A stretch of 63,249 nt of DNA, counting the filler, from Octopus bimaculoides (lineage: Eukaryota), in the NCBI RefSeq assembly GCF_001194135.2. It is 5 parts of 5 records of this genome, joined end to end, with 100 filler letters (N's around TTAATTAATTAA, not from the genome) between each part and the next. Parts side by side here need not be neighbours in the genome. Positions count along the whole stretch, not along the records: positions 1 to 19,878 come from NC_068991.1; 4 more parts are not named here. One strand, 5' to 3'. Shown piece by piece: positions 1 through 11,215 of the stretch. How positions within the stretch are numbered: position 1 is the stretch's first letter; each line of letters opens with the position of its first letter. Under the pieces are notes generated by a model. The model saw only the letters and a list, made by a program, of their open reading frames with translations. It ran no database searches and was not told the origin of the DNA. A program made the translations under genes and the position numbers.

Positions 1-97
1 CATATTCAAAAGAGACAGAGACTTCAAATTCGATATATCGAATTTGAAGTCTCTGTCTCTTTTGAATATGAAAATTTAAAAGTTTAAAAATCTTATG
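1..97. repeat. Perfect palindrome, copy 1 (left arm cut off by window start)
   Basis: Centre CGATA|TATCG at 35/36. Identical to 1717-1813 and followed by (TA)n. Confidence 0.95.
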
Positions 98-122
98 ATA
101 TATATATATATATATGTATATA

Positions 123-376
123 GTGAACGCACATGACTTAGTTGTTAGAGTATTCGGCTCACGATCATAAGTTCGTGTGTTCAATTTCCGGCGACGCGTT
201 GTCTCCTTGAGCAAGACAATTTATTTCACGAGGCTCCAGTCCGCAAATCTAGAAAAAAAAGAGTAATACCTGTATTTCAAAGAGCAAGCTTTGTCACACT
301 CTGTGTCACGCTGAATCTCCCAGAGAACTCTGTAAAGGGTACTTGTGTCTGTGGAGTTCTCAGCCACTTGCACGTT
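123..376 (+). mobile_element. tRNA-derived SINE, Ceph-type family (head variant 1), 3'-truncated
   Basis: tRNA-like head, then TCCTTGAGCAAGACA, then TACCTGTATTTCAAAG...TGTGTCACGCTGAATCTCCC...CTCAGCCACTTGCACGTTA shared with copies at 12955, 16051, 43231 and 48359. Confidence 0.8.
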
Positions 377-1687
377 ACTTCTAACAGTCTCTATATTCTC
401 CATCGTTATATTTATACGTACATAGATATACATACATACATACATACATACATATGTTTATATGCTGCATTGTCCCGTAATGTTATGTTATTATCCCTCT
501 CTCTTCATACACACACACACNNNNNNNNNNTACACACAAATACACATGCGTACACGCAACACACACACACGCAAGCAGACGCATACACACACACATGCAC
601 AAACGCATACACACAAACAAACAAAGAAACAAATAAGCAAGCATGCAACGCATACGTTTCCGCTCATTTTTTTTAATGACATGTGAGTAAGCTGAGGTGT
701 TATTCCGATCTAATCATATTTGTAATTGCGTGATTTGATGGTGAATAATCAACAGAGAGACCGATCAATCTTGTTGCACTAGTGTCTAAGCACTTTAGTA
801 TGTTTTCCACTTAAGCATTAACAGTACTGATTAAAATGTCAAAATGGTTATTAAACAGAGCAAGAATCTTTTAATGCTTTCTCAGCGATTTTCTCAACTG
901 ATGTTGGATAATGGCTGTTAGCTTGGCCTCGCTTACATAGTTGATATTATTATTTTTTTTGTTTGCCTTTTTTTCTCTCTTCATACTGTGTTATTTTGAG
1001 AGGTGACACAATAATTAAAGAACGTGATACGAAGAAGTGAGTAAAATATAAAGAAGAAAATAAGGTTTAAAGCAAAGAAAATAAAACATGAATACAATGG
1101 AAAAGTATGAATGTGAAAAAAGTAAATAAATAAATAAAGGAAGACAGCGAATTAAAATGGCGGACATTTCTGACTCCATCAACGTTGCGAAACTGATTGA
1201 ATATCTTCAGTAAAATCAGGACATATCAATAATATTACTTACTTTAAATACGATAAAAAGTTATACCTGCATGGGAGGCGCAAAGCAGTTCTTGATCTAC
1301 AACATATGGCACGCGAAGTTTCTATAAATCACACTTTATCTTCATAAAAAGTGATGGAAACTTTGGACCGTGTATTTATTGAGATATGAAAATACAGGCT
1401 GCAAAACCTCTGCTTATAGGTCTCCTTGATTAGGGATCATCCTACGGCCCAATATCAACTATACCAACAAATTAATAAGGACATATGCAGATAAGAACAC
1501 ACTTCATAGCTAAAAAATGTTTTCTACATACATACATACATACATACAGACAGGCAAACATTATATACATATATATATTTTTTTTTTCCAGAGGATGTAG
1601 CAACCGTTACCAATATAGCATAAGAACTTACCTTAGGAGATCATTAATTAGATTCCTTAAGGGTCGTTCTCACAGTTTATATTTATA

Positions 1688-1813
1688 TCATAAGATTTTT
1701 AAACTTTTAAATTTTCATATTCAAAAGAGACAGAGACTTCAAATTCGATATATCGAATTTGAAGTCTCTGTCTCTTTTGAATATGAAAATTTAAAAGTTT
1801 AAAAATCTTATGA
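1688..1813. repeat. 126-bp perfect spacer-less palindrome, copy 2 (palindromic MITE-like element or assembly fold-back)
   Basis: 63-bp arms with centre at 1750/1751. The same peptide (HKIFKLLNFH...YENLKV) is read on both strands in the ORF track. The right end abuts an N-gap. Confidence 0.95.
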
Positions 1814-3395
1814 NNNNNNNNNNNNNNNNNNNNNNNNNNNNNNNNNNNNNNNNNNNNNNNNNNNNNNNNNNNNNNNNNNNNNNNNNNNNNNNNNNNNNNN
1901 NNNNNNNNNNNNNNNNNNNNNNNNNNNNNNNNNNNNNNNNNNNNNNNNNNNNNNNNNNNNNNNNNNNNNNNNNNNNNNNNNNNNNNNNNNNNNNNNNNNN
2001 NNNNNNNNNNNNNNNNNNNNNNNNNNNNNNNNNNNNNNNNNNNNNNNNNNNNNNNNNNNNNNNNNNNNNNNNNNNNNNNNNNNNNNNNNNNNNNNNNNNN
2101 NNNNNNNNNNNNNNNNNNNNNNNNNNNNNNNNNNNNNNNNNNNNNNNNNNNNNNNNNNNNNNNNNNNNNNNNNNNNNNNNNNNNNNNNNNNNNNNNNNNN
2201 NNNNNNNNNNNNNNNNNNNNNNNNNNNNNNNNNNNNNNNNNNNNNNNNNNNNNNNNNNNNNNNNNNNNNNNNNNNNNNNNNNNNNNNNNNNNNNNNNNNN
2301 NNNNNNNNNNNNNNNNNNNNNNNNNNNNNNNNNNNNNNNNNNNNNNNNNNNNNNNNNNNNNNNNNNNNNNNNNNNNNNNNNNNNNNNNNNNNNNNNNNNN
2401 NNNNNNNNNATATATATATACATATATATACATATATACATATATACATATATTCATAAATACATAGTAGAAGAAACAACCGTAATTGACTGGGTTGAAA
2501 AAAGCTGCCAAAGATTGTATTAGACATATATAAGAAATGCCTGTTAACTTATTTATTGGACTTAACTATTACAACAAACAAAAATACAAATAGCTTTTCT
2601 TAGACAAACACCCTTGTGGCTCGAAGGTATAAACATAAACCGAAAAGAATATAATAATGCTATTAAAGTGCACACACAAATTTCAAATGAATATATAGCA
2701 ACAATCTATATGTGTGAGTAACTTACTTCCTCTTACGCATAGAATAATGAAGGAGGCAATTTAAGATCAAACATCTTAAAACTTGAAAAATAGACCACGA
2801 ATGATTTTCCCTTTAGTTTTGTTGTGTCTGGGGAGAGTCTTTCTTACTTGATATCTTATTAACACTCAGCGGTTCGATTCCATTCATATATTTTATTTTC
2901 TTCTAAAAAATTCGCTGCTTCTTGCAACGTCTTCAATAGTTGTTGATTCTGTCCATTATCAGAGCTGTTTTCTTTTAGTTTGTTTCTTTGTTTGTGCGCA
3001 TGTGTGTGCGTCAGCGTGCATGTGTATACAAATATGTAAGTATGTATGTATGTATGTATGTATGTATGTATGCATGTATGCATATATGATATATGTATGT
3101 ACGTGTGTGCATGCGTATTTGTATGAATGCGTGAGTGTATGTATGCTTATGATTTTCATACTCATGTATTTGTGTGTGCATGATTGTTTTTATATATGTT
3201 ATCTCCCTTAAATCGGACATATTTTTTGTGGGGACTGCACTATGTGCAACATTTTGGAAAAAGGGCCCGTAGCTCCCTCAGTGGGTAACTGGAGGTGCGG
3301 TACCACTTACATTGTCTTCGTCGGAATATTTTACACAAGAAATGACTCTTAGTTTTATGTAGCTACTGTATCCTTCCATCCCATAAATTGCTAGG

Positions 3396-3436
<41 letters not shown>

Positions 3437-4331
3437 NNNNNNNNNNNNNNNNNNNNNNNNNNNNNNNNNNNNNNNNNNNNNNNNNNNNNNNNNNNNNNNN
3501 NNNNNNNNNNNNNNNNNNNNNNNNNNNNNNNNNNNNNNNNNNNNNNNNNNNNNNNNNNNNNNNNNNNNNNNNNNNNNNNNNNNNNNNNNNNNNNNNNNNN
3601 NNNNNNNNNNNNNNNNNNNNNNNNNNNNNNNNNNNNNNNNNNNNNNNNNNNNNNNNNNNNNNNNNNNNNNNNNNNNNNNNNNNNNNNNNNNNNNNNNNNN
3701 NNNNNNNNNNNNNNNNNNNNNNNNNNNNNNNNNNNNNNNNNNNNNNNNNNNNNNNNNNNNNNNNNNNNNNNNNNNNNNNNNNNNNNNNNNNNNNNNNNNN
3801 NNNNNNNNNNNNNNNNNNNNNNNNNNNNNNNNNNNNNNNNNNNNNNNNNNGGACAAAATGATAAACAAGGTCCAAAATCACACAGGCCACATAGAGAGCA
3901 TATCCTTCATCAGCTGCCACCATTATAACACTGGCGTTTCGCAGAGTTAGGGCAGGACGCATCGTTAAAATGGCTCTTCCCACGGACACAAATTAAATTT
4001 GTTCCATGGATGATAGTGGCGGACGTAAAACAAGACAGGAAATCGAAATGGTGAAGTAAACAAACAAAAAAGGCTATACAGCCAGACGTGGAAAAGTATG
4101 TGTATATTGAACGCTGTGAAGCATGAACTGGAAGGACGAAAATGTATGTGCGAGCTTGGGGAGACCAAGAATGAAAAGAATTAGTAACTGGATACATGTG
4201 ACCAGCGAGGGGTAGGGAGAAAGTATGGTAGAGGGAGAATAAGGGGAGGAAGTAGAATATAAGTGAGCAACGAGAGATAGATAGAGAGATAGAGAGATAG
4301 TAGTGACAGGGAGAGGTGAAGGACGAGCAAC

Positions 4332-4339
<8 letters not shown>

Positions 4340-4412
<73 letters not shown>
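4340..4412. repeat. (AG)n microsatellite
   Basis: Direct reading. Confidence 0.95.
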
Positions 4413-4415
<3 letters not shown>

Positions 4416-5288
4416 TCAGTGACGGGGAGAGGCGAAGAACAGTAGAAGGAAGAATGAGAGGGGGGATAACTACAAAGATAGAAAGAGTCGCGTCAGAAAA
4501 ATAAAGTTCAAACTTACTTGCAAAGGTAACGCGTTCGTTCGATCGCGTGATACAAATAATATATGAATATATGCATATATATGTACAAGTATGTAGATAC
4601 CTTCATCTACATGTATATATAGATGCATATCTGGGTACATGACGTTGCAAAAAATGATAAACAAAGTACAAAAACACACAGGCCACATAGAAAACATATC
4701 CTTCATCGGTCGCCACCCGCACACATAAAACATTGTTCCACTTTCCAGTTTGTATCACCAAAATGATCTCACACTAAAAAGACTATTATTTAGCATTATA
4801 ATTAGACAAATTCGTCTTCAGAAGTCTCTTAACTTAATGTTTAGAGAAGTCAGCCGGAATTTGGAAGTGCGTGGTTCGATTCTCTGTGGAGGCTTGCTGT
4901 CCTCTTTCACCGTCTGCTCCNNNNNNNNNNNNNNNNNNNNNNNNNNNNNNNNNNNNNNNNNNNNNNNNNNNNNNNNNNNNNNNNNNNNNNNNNNNNNNNN
5001 NNNNNNNNNNNNNNNNNNNNNNNNNNNNNNNNNNNNNNNNNNNNNNNNNNNNNNNNNNNNNNNNNNNNNNNNNNNNNNNNNNNNNNNNNNNNNNNNNNNN
5101 NNNNNNNNNNNNNNNNNNNNNNNNNNNNNNNNNNNNNNNNNNNNNNNNNNNNNNNNNNNNNNNNNNNNNNNNNNNNNNNNNNNNNNNNNNNNNNNNNNNN
5201 NNNNNNNNNNNNNNNNNNNNNNNNNNNNNNNNNNNNNNNNNNNNNNNNNNNNNNNNNNNNNNNNNNNNNNNNNNNNNNNNNNNNNNNN

Positions 5289-5331
<43 letters not shown>

Positions 5332-5333
<2 letters not shown>

Positions 5334-5397
5334 AGCTCCCCTGCGTGACACCGCGGAGCTAGTTTCTTCTACTATAGACTTGGGCCGCCCAAAGCTA
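5332..5397 (+). mobile_element. Degenerate SINE fragment (CORE-like family) at the 5' break of the Gypsy pol
   Basis: CTGCGTGACACC...TTCTTCTACTATAGACTTGGGCCGCCCAAAG resembles the family seen in reverse at 11060-11215, 14490-14590 and 52995-53150. Confidence 0.55.
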
Positions 5398-5419
5398 TAT
5401 GTCTTTTTGTGTGTGCCTA

Positions 5420-7060
5420 AGCTTGAAACCCTGGCAAATTATTACCAAAATTATATCCCAAATAGGCATGAAGTTAGGATTTCACTGAATAATTTTCTGA
5501 AAAAATATATGAAATGGAATTGGTTAGAAAATTGCCAAAAGGCGTTTGACAGAATTTTAAAAATGTTAATATCTGCTTTGTTGTTAGTTCACTTCGATCC
5601 TGCAGCGTTGATTGTTGTAACTTCAGACGCTTCTGAGTACGGTATAGGATCAGAAATGTTACATAAATATAAAGATAGTAACATTAAGGCGGTGTTTCAT
5701 GCCGTACGTTCTATGATAACAGCAGAGAAAAATTATAGTGAAATCGAAAAAGAAATTGTAGCGATCATTTTTTTCCGTGAAAAAATTTTTGCATGGTACA
5801 AATTTTCATCTACAAATTGATCACCGTCCGTTATTATCGATATTTGGGTCAAAAAGGAGATTTCCTATCTGTATTGCTAATAGGTCACAACGCTTGGCTA
5901 CGATATTATTTAACTACGATTTAAAGATGGAGTATATACCATCCAAGAAATTGATTAAAAAAATTGCGGAACAATTCGAAGATACTGTGATTGCCGCTTT
6001 GCGAGCGGAAAATGCAATTTAAAATGTTTTGTGTAACGTCATTCGTGAACTGTCAGTTACGTTACCAGACATAAGAACAAAATTGGAGAACGATAAATTC
6101 ATTATCAAAATGAAAGAAACACTGACTGCTAAAGGAAATAAAAATACGCGTAACACAAAGGCGAACTGACAGTTTACGAATGGCGCAACACAAAGGCGAA
6201 CCATTTCTCATTCTGTGACAGTGTATTGATGTACGCACAAAGAGTCGTTGTGCCAGCCGTACCACAAAAGCGTTTATTAAAAGAATTTCATATTTGTCAC
6301 CCAGGGATTTAGGGAATAAAATCACTAATGACAAGTTACGTATATTGGCCTACAATGGACAGTGACATTGAAGAGTGGGTGAAATCCTGCAGAGGTTGTG
6401 TTCTTGCAGCCACATCACCACCGCTAGAATTCCAACCATGGCCTAAAACCGACCGTCCTTAGACCAGGCTTCATATAGATTTTTCTGGACCAGTAAATGG
6501 CGCATATTAACTGATCGTAGTAGATAGCTGTACTAAGTTATCTGAAACAGGTAAATGTAGAAAACCAACCTATTCGGTAAGAATAGAATTTCTTCATGAA
6601 CTCTTTGCAAGTTACGGTGTTCCGGACAACATAATATCCGATAAGGATACGCAGTTTACGGAGTATGAGTTTAAAAATTTTTGCAAAATATACGCATTTG
6701 AGCACATATCACACATGATCAAACGGGCAAGCGTTTAAAAGATCATTAAATAAATCAAGAAACGAGCGAGTCGATAACGCAGCATTGACACAATTCTTGA
6801 GGGTGTATATATCACGAAACCTAAAACTTGTTCAGGCAAGTCGCCTGCAGAACTAATGTTTGCTCGAAAAATAAAGTCAATTTTTGACAAGCTGTTACCA
6901 GTAATAAAAAAATAAATAAGAAAAACACTAAAAATATAACAAAGAATTTTAATATAGGTGACAAGGTGTTTTTCAAAATATATAAAAATGGAAGAGAAGG
7001 TTTTAGAAGACGGAGTAGTAACAAAGCGAATAGGCAAAATGAGTGTCTAAGATGCGAAAA
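5420..7060 (+). pseudogene. pol: Ty3/Gypsy LTR-retrotransposon pol remnant: RT thumb/connection, RNase H, integrase (H2C2 + rve); frameshifted with stops
   Basis: Across frames: ANYYQNYIP...WNWLENCQKAFD, IVVTSDASEYGIG, AEKNYSEIEKE, FHLQIDHRPLLSIFGSK, LKEFHICHPG, SYVYWPTMDSDIEEWVKSCRGC, RLHIDFSGPVNG, YGVPDNIISDKDTQFT. Integrase lies downstream of RNase H, the Gypsy domain order. Confidence 0.95.
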
Positions 7061-7245
7061 ATGGGAGAACAAAAGACATTTAAACCAGTTAAAAAATAAA
7101 TTTACTGAAAAAAGAAACGAGATATCCATGGAAGTGCTCTACGACACCTTTGATGTTCCGTCGCTAAGAAAGAGGAAGCAAAGAGAACGGTCGGAAGTAG
7201 TGCCTTAACGGAGGACATATCAAACTTTCTTAGGAAATAAACATC

Positions 7246-7256
7246 AAAGGGGGAGA
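7246..7256 (+). promoter_or_regulatory. Polypurine tract (PPT) of the Gypsy element
   Basis: AAAGGGGGAGA immediately before TGTGG, about 200 bp after the integrase end. Confidence 0.8.
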
Positions 7257-7562
7257 TGTGGCGAGAATCATTGACACCCCCGTGGCAATGGAAGAATGGA
7301 CTATCCAAACTCCTATAAAGAGTAGCGTATTGGCTGAGGCAGAGAAGTCGTAGGTGTTGTTGAGAGTTCGTGAAAGTCGTAGGAAGTCGTTGAAATGGTT
7401 GAGAGTTTGCATTTATTAGATTATCGTGTTTACTGGAGTGATTTGAAGTAAGTCGTGTGAAGATAGTTGTGTCTATCTCTGCTTCGTGAAATTTGTATTT
7501 CCAACGTAGAGAGGAATATAAAACTATCTATATAAGAAGAAACATAAATGATGAGCTTTACA
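7257..7562 (+). mobile_element. Probable 3' LTR of the Gypsy element (right end at CA 7544 or 7562)
   Basis: Starts with TG directly after the PPT, has TATA-like CCTATAAAG near 7313, and candidate ...ACA ends. No 5' LTR is visible to confirm the boundary. Confidence 0.6.
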
Positions 7563-7799
7563 TGATCCTTTATTTGCGAATTTTTACCCCGCAGCTGTTT
7601 CTGGTATACATGAAAGGTACGTTCATGTTTCAGCTTACTCAATCGGTCAAGTGATCGACTTATCAAGGCAGCCATGGATTTATAAAACTGATTCTTGGTA
7701 AACTTCAGCCTTGCCTTGAGATTGCATGGAGATCTTTGCTAATCTGAAAACATATCGTTAACCTGGTGGACAAACCCTTATTAATATTTTTTTATTCTG

Positions 7800-7852
<53 letters not shown>

Positions 7853-7884
7853 GGTGTGTACGTATGTTTGTATGTATAGGCTTT

Positions 7885-8080
7885 TTGTGGTTGTCTACTA
7901 TGACAACTTGATAGTCAGTTTTATTTCTTCCTTATGACGTCTCTATAAATTAGCGGTTCGGCGAAAATAACCGATAGAATATGTACTAGGCACACAAAAG
8001 GATACTTGTGGCGACTTTTTCGACTAAACCATTGGAAGCAGTACCCCAGCAAGGTTGCAATCCAAATACAGTGAAATAAG
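7885..8080 (+). mobile_element. SINE 3' portion (family with CGGCAAAA..ACCGATAGAATAAGTACTAGG..TTCGACTAAA..CCAGCATGG tail)
   Basis: Homologous to 30845-30995 and 51450-51635; the tail is also seen at 9510-9590. Confidence 0.7.
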
Positions 8081-9633
8081 ACGTACGCACGCGCGCGTGT
8101 ATCTTGTTGTTGTTTCGGGTCATTACGCCAATAATGTCCTTTCTGTAGTCATCATTCTTTAGTGCCGGATCAGTTCTAAAAGTATAGATCTATAATTAAT
8201 GACATTATGTCATTTCTACTATGGCGACATTTGGGAACATTGTTATATGTAAAACATACAATGCGTGATATATGGGAGATCTAACTACTATTTCTAGCAG
8301 GCTGAGCGTTCGTATAAAAGTTCCCCTTGATTTCTATTACAACCTGTTTTACTTTGTCATTGGGAGGCTTATATTATTTGTAATTCTCTTACGTTGTTTT
8401 TGTTCTTTTCTTTTTGTGGCGTGTAATTATATTTAATGAACGAACACGATATCTGTTGACTCGAATTAGCTAAATAAATTTGTTTAACTAAATATATAAA
8501 TGTGTTTAGCTAAGTAAATAAATCTTCTATAGCAATGGTAAATGAAACATCCGCGATATATATATATATATATATCCCCACCTCCGCAATGCAACGCTGT
8601 TAACGTCGCTTTTATATCATTGATATCTTTTATATCATCTTCTAATGTCATCATATTCTAATTTGCTTTCCTTCTCTTCATCTCTCTCTCTCTCTCTCTC
8701 TCTTCCCACACTGTTCACTCTTTTCTCCTCTCTCTCTCCATCGCAAATTATGTCCCTCTCTGTCTATTTCTCAACTTCCTTTCATCTCAACCTCTCTACC
8801 GTTACACTTTATCTCAAGCTATTGCTTTCGATCGGTTTCTTATGCATCTGACAATATCAGTTGCTATCACTCTCTGTTTAAATCACTGTTTAGACGTATC
8901 AATATCTGATAAATCTCTTTCACGCACATTTAATCTTTCTCCTTCCATCTCTCTTCCCCCCTCTCTCTCCTCTCTGTCGTGCATATATATTATCTCCCAC
9001 GACTATTACACCCAATATCCTTCCTTCGTACTACATCTATTATTCCTGTCTTCTATAATCCCTTACATAGCTTTCAGATCATTATAAATAAAGTGTATAA
9101 CCGCCAACGTCTGTGCTCTCTGTTTGATGTCAACTCAAGATGAAATTACTAAGTAATTATAGATAAAATATTTTATGGACAAATTTAATTTGGAAATAAT
9201 TTGGTGAAAGACTACGCTAGTCATCGAGATAATAATATTGCATGTAAGATCTCGGGAAAGGAAGAAACAGACGATGTTTCAGTGGTAATATTTACCACCA
9301 AATACGATCAAGTATATTTTCGTACAATAAAGCTTCGACATTAAATTTCATAAACAGCCAAATTATGTGATATACTTTGGTATGAACATATATTATAAAT
9401 TTATGAACGAATGTCTGTCTACTGTATAATATCCACGTAACTCAAGGACGTATAACTACTGTTCTTTTTGTAATGGCCATTAAATTTACCATGGCAAGTC
9501 CTTACGTGGATGTTCGATGTGTTAGCAATAGTACTTAACTCTCTGACATCCAGGCGTAGTCCAATGACTGAAACAAATAAAAGAAAAACAATGGAAAGTA
9601 GTACGGTGATTTCAAGTAGAGTTAGCTGCTATT

Positions 9634-9907
9634 TCGGCGGAATTTGAACTCAGAACGTAACGGCAGACGAAATACCTATTTCTTTACTGCCCACAAGGGG
9701 CTACACACAGAGGGGACAAACAAGGACAGACAAATGGATTAAGCCGATTATATCGACCCAGTGCGTAACTGGTACTTAATTTATCGACCCCGAAAGGATG
9801 AAAGGCAAAGTCGACCTCGGCGGAATTTGAACTCAGAACGTAACGGCAGACGAAATACCGCTAAGCATTTCGCCCGGCGCGTTAACGTTTCTGCCAGCTC
9901 ACCGCCT
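9634..9907 (-). mobile_element. Young tRNA-derived SINE (Meta-domain-like core), long-tail subfamily, with an extra partial tandem unit
   Basis: Minus strand reads GGCGGTGAGCTGGCAGAAACGTTAACGCGCCGGGCG...GAGTTCAAATTCCGCC (A/B box-like), core GCCTTTCATCCTTTCGGGGTCGATAAATTAAGTACCAG, tail ...GTGGGCAGTAAAGAAATA. Near-identical to 60070-60300. Confidence 0.9.
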
Positions 9908-10135
9908 TGACAGCTTTCTGCGAAGAACATATTACAACTAAGGNNNNNNNNNNNNNNNNNNNNNNNNNNNNNNNNNNNNNNNNNNNNNNNNNNNNNNNNN
10001 NNNNNNNNNNNNNNNNNNNNNNNNNNNNNNNNNNNNNNNNNNNNNNNNNNNNNNNNNNNNNNNNNNNNNNNNNNNNNNNNNNNNNNNNNNNNNNNNNNNN
10101 NNNNNNNNNNNNNNNNNNNNNNNNNNNNNNNNNNN

Positions 10136-10185
<50 letters not shown>

Positions 10186-10669
10186 TACACACACACATGT
10201 CCTGGTTGTCTGGTTATAATGTTTAACTTCATCCGATACCTAAGATCTGTTTCAGGAGTAGCAGCGTTCTAGGAGTGTGGAGCCACCGCTTAACCACCAT
10301 TGTTTGTAGGTCTGCGCTGAGCTTGTTTAGCAGCAACTGTCAGGATCCCAAGAATGGCTTCATTAGCATGTCACAGAATTGTATCCGGAAAGGTCTCTCA
10401 CAAATATTTCAAGTCAGCAAATGAGTCCCTTCTGCGCATTAGCTGCTCTCTATAGCACAGGAGAGATTATGAGCCTCCGGCCAACGAGTCTAGCGAGACG
10501 CCTATATAGCTAAGAGCTTTATAGTTGAATTGAGAAATCAATGCTTTGTCTGTGACCGGCTATACCAGACGACTCTCTAAGACTTACTCCTGTAACGTTT
10601 TAGAATGTCCGTCTTTTCGGATTTATAAACTAGTGACTGCTTATATATATATANNNNNNNNNNGGAAAA

Positions 10670-10954
10670 CTAGATAGATAGACAGACAGACAGACAGACA
10701 TACAGATAGATGATAGATAGATAGATAGATATATAGATAGATAGATAGATAGATAGACAAACAGATAGACAGACAAACAGACAGATGGATAGACAGACAG
10801 ACAAACAGACAGACAGATACATAGATAGACAGACTGACATACATACATACATACATACAGACAGACATACATACAGACAGACAGACAGACTGACATACAT
10901 ACATACAGACAGACAAACAGACAGACATACAGATAGATAGACAGATAGATAGAC

Positions 10955-10995
<41 letters not shown>

Positions 10996-11015
10996 TATAG
11001 ATAGATAGATAGATA
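10670..11015. repeat. Compound (TAGA)/(CAGA)/(TACA) tetranucleotide microsatellite
   Basis: Direct reading. Confidence 0.95.
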
Positions 11016-11059
11016 AATGTATGTGTGTGTTTGTGTGTGTGTGTATTTATGTATGTACG

Positions 11060-11215
11060 CTACAACTTTCCACACAGTTTCCGACAACTACATTCACTCA
11101 CATGGCATTGCTCGGTCAAGGTATTCTTCCAGAAGGCATTCGATCAAGAGACAACACAATTTGATGCAGTCAGAAAGCACATGGCTGCAAAGCAAGCTTC
11201 TTAACTACACACACG
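11060..11215 (-). mobile_element. Degenerate tRNA-SINE (CORE-like family)
   Basis: CAGTTTCCG..C..ATTCACTCACA...GCAAGCTTCTTAAC matches 52995-53150 and the head at 56941-56985. Confidence 0.6.
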
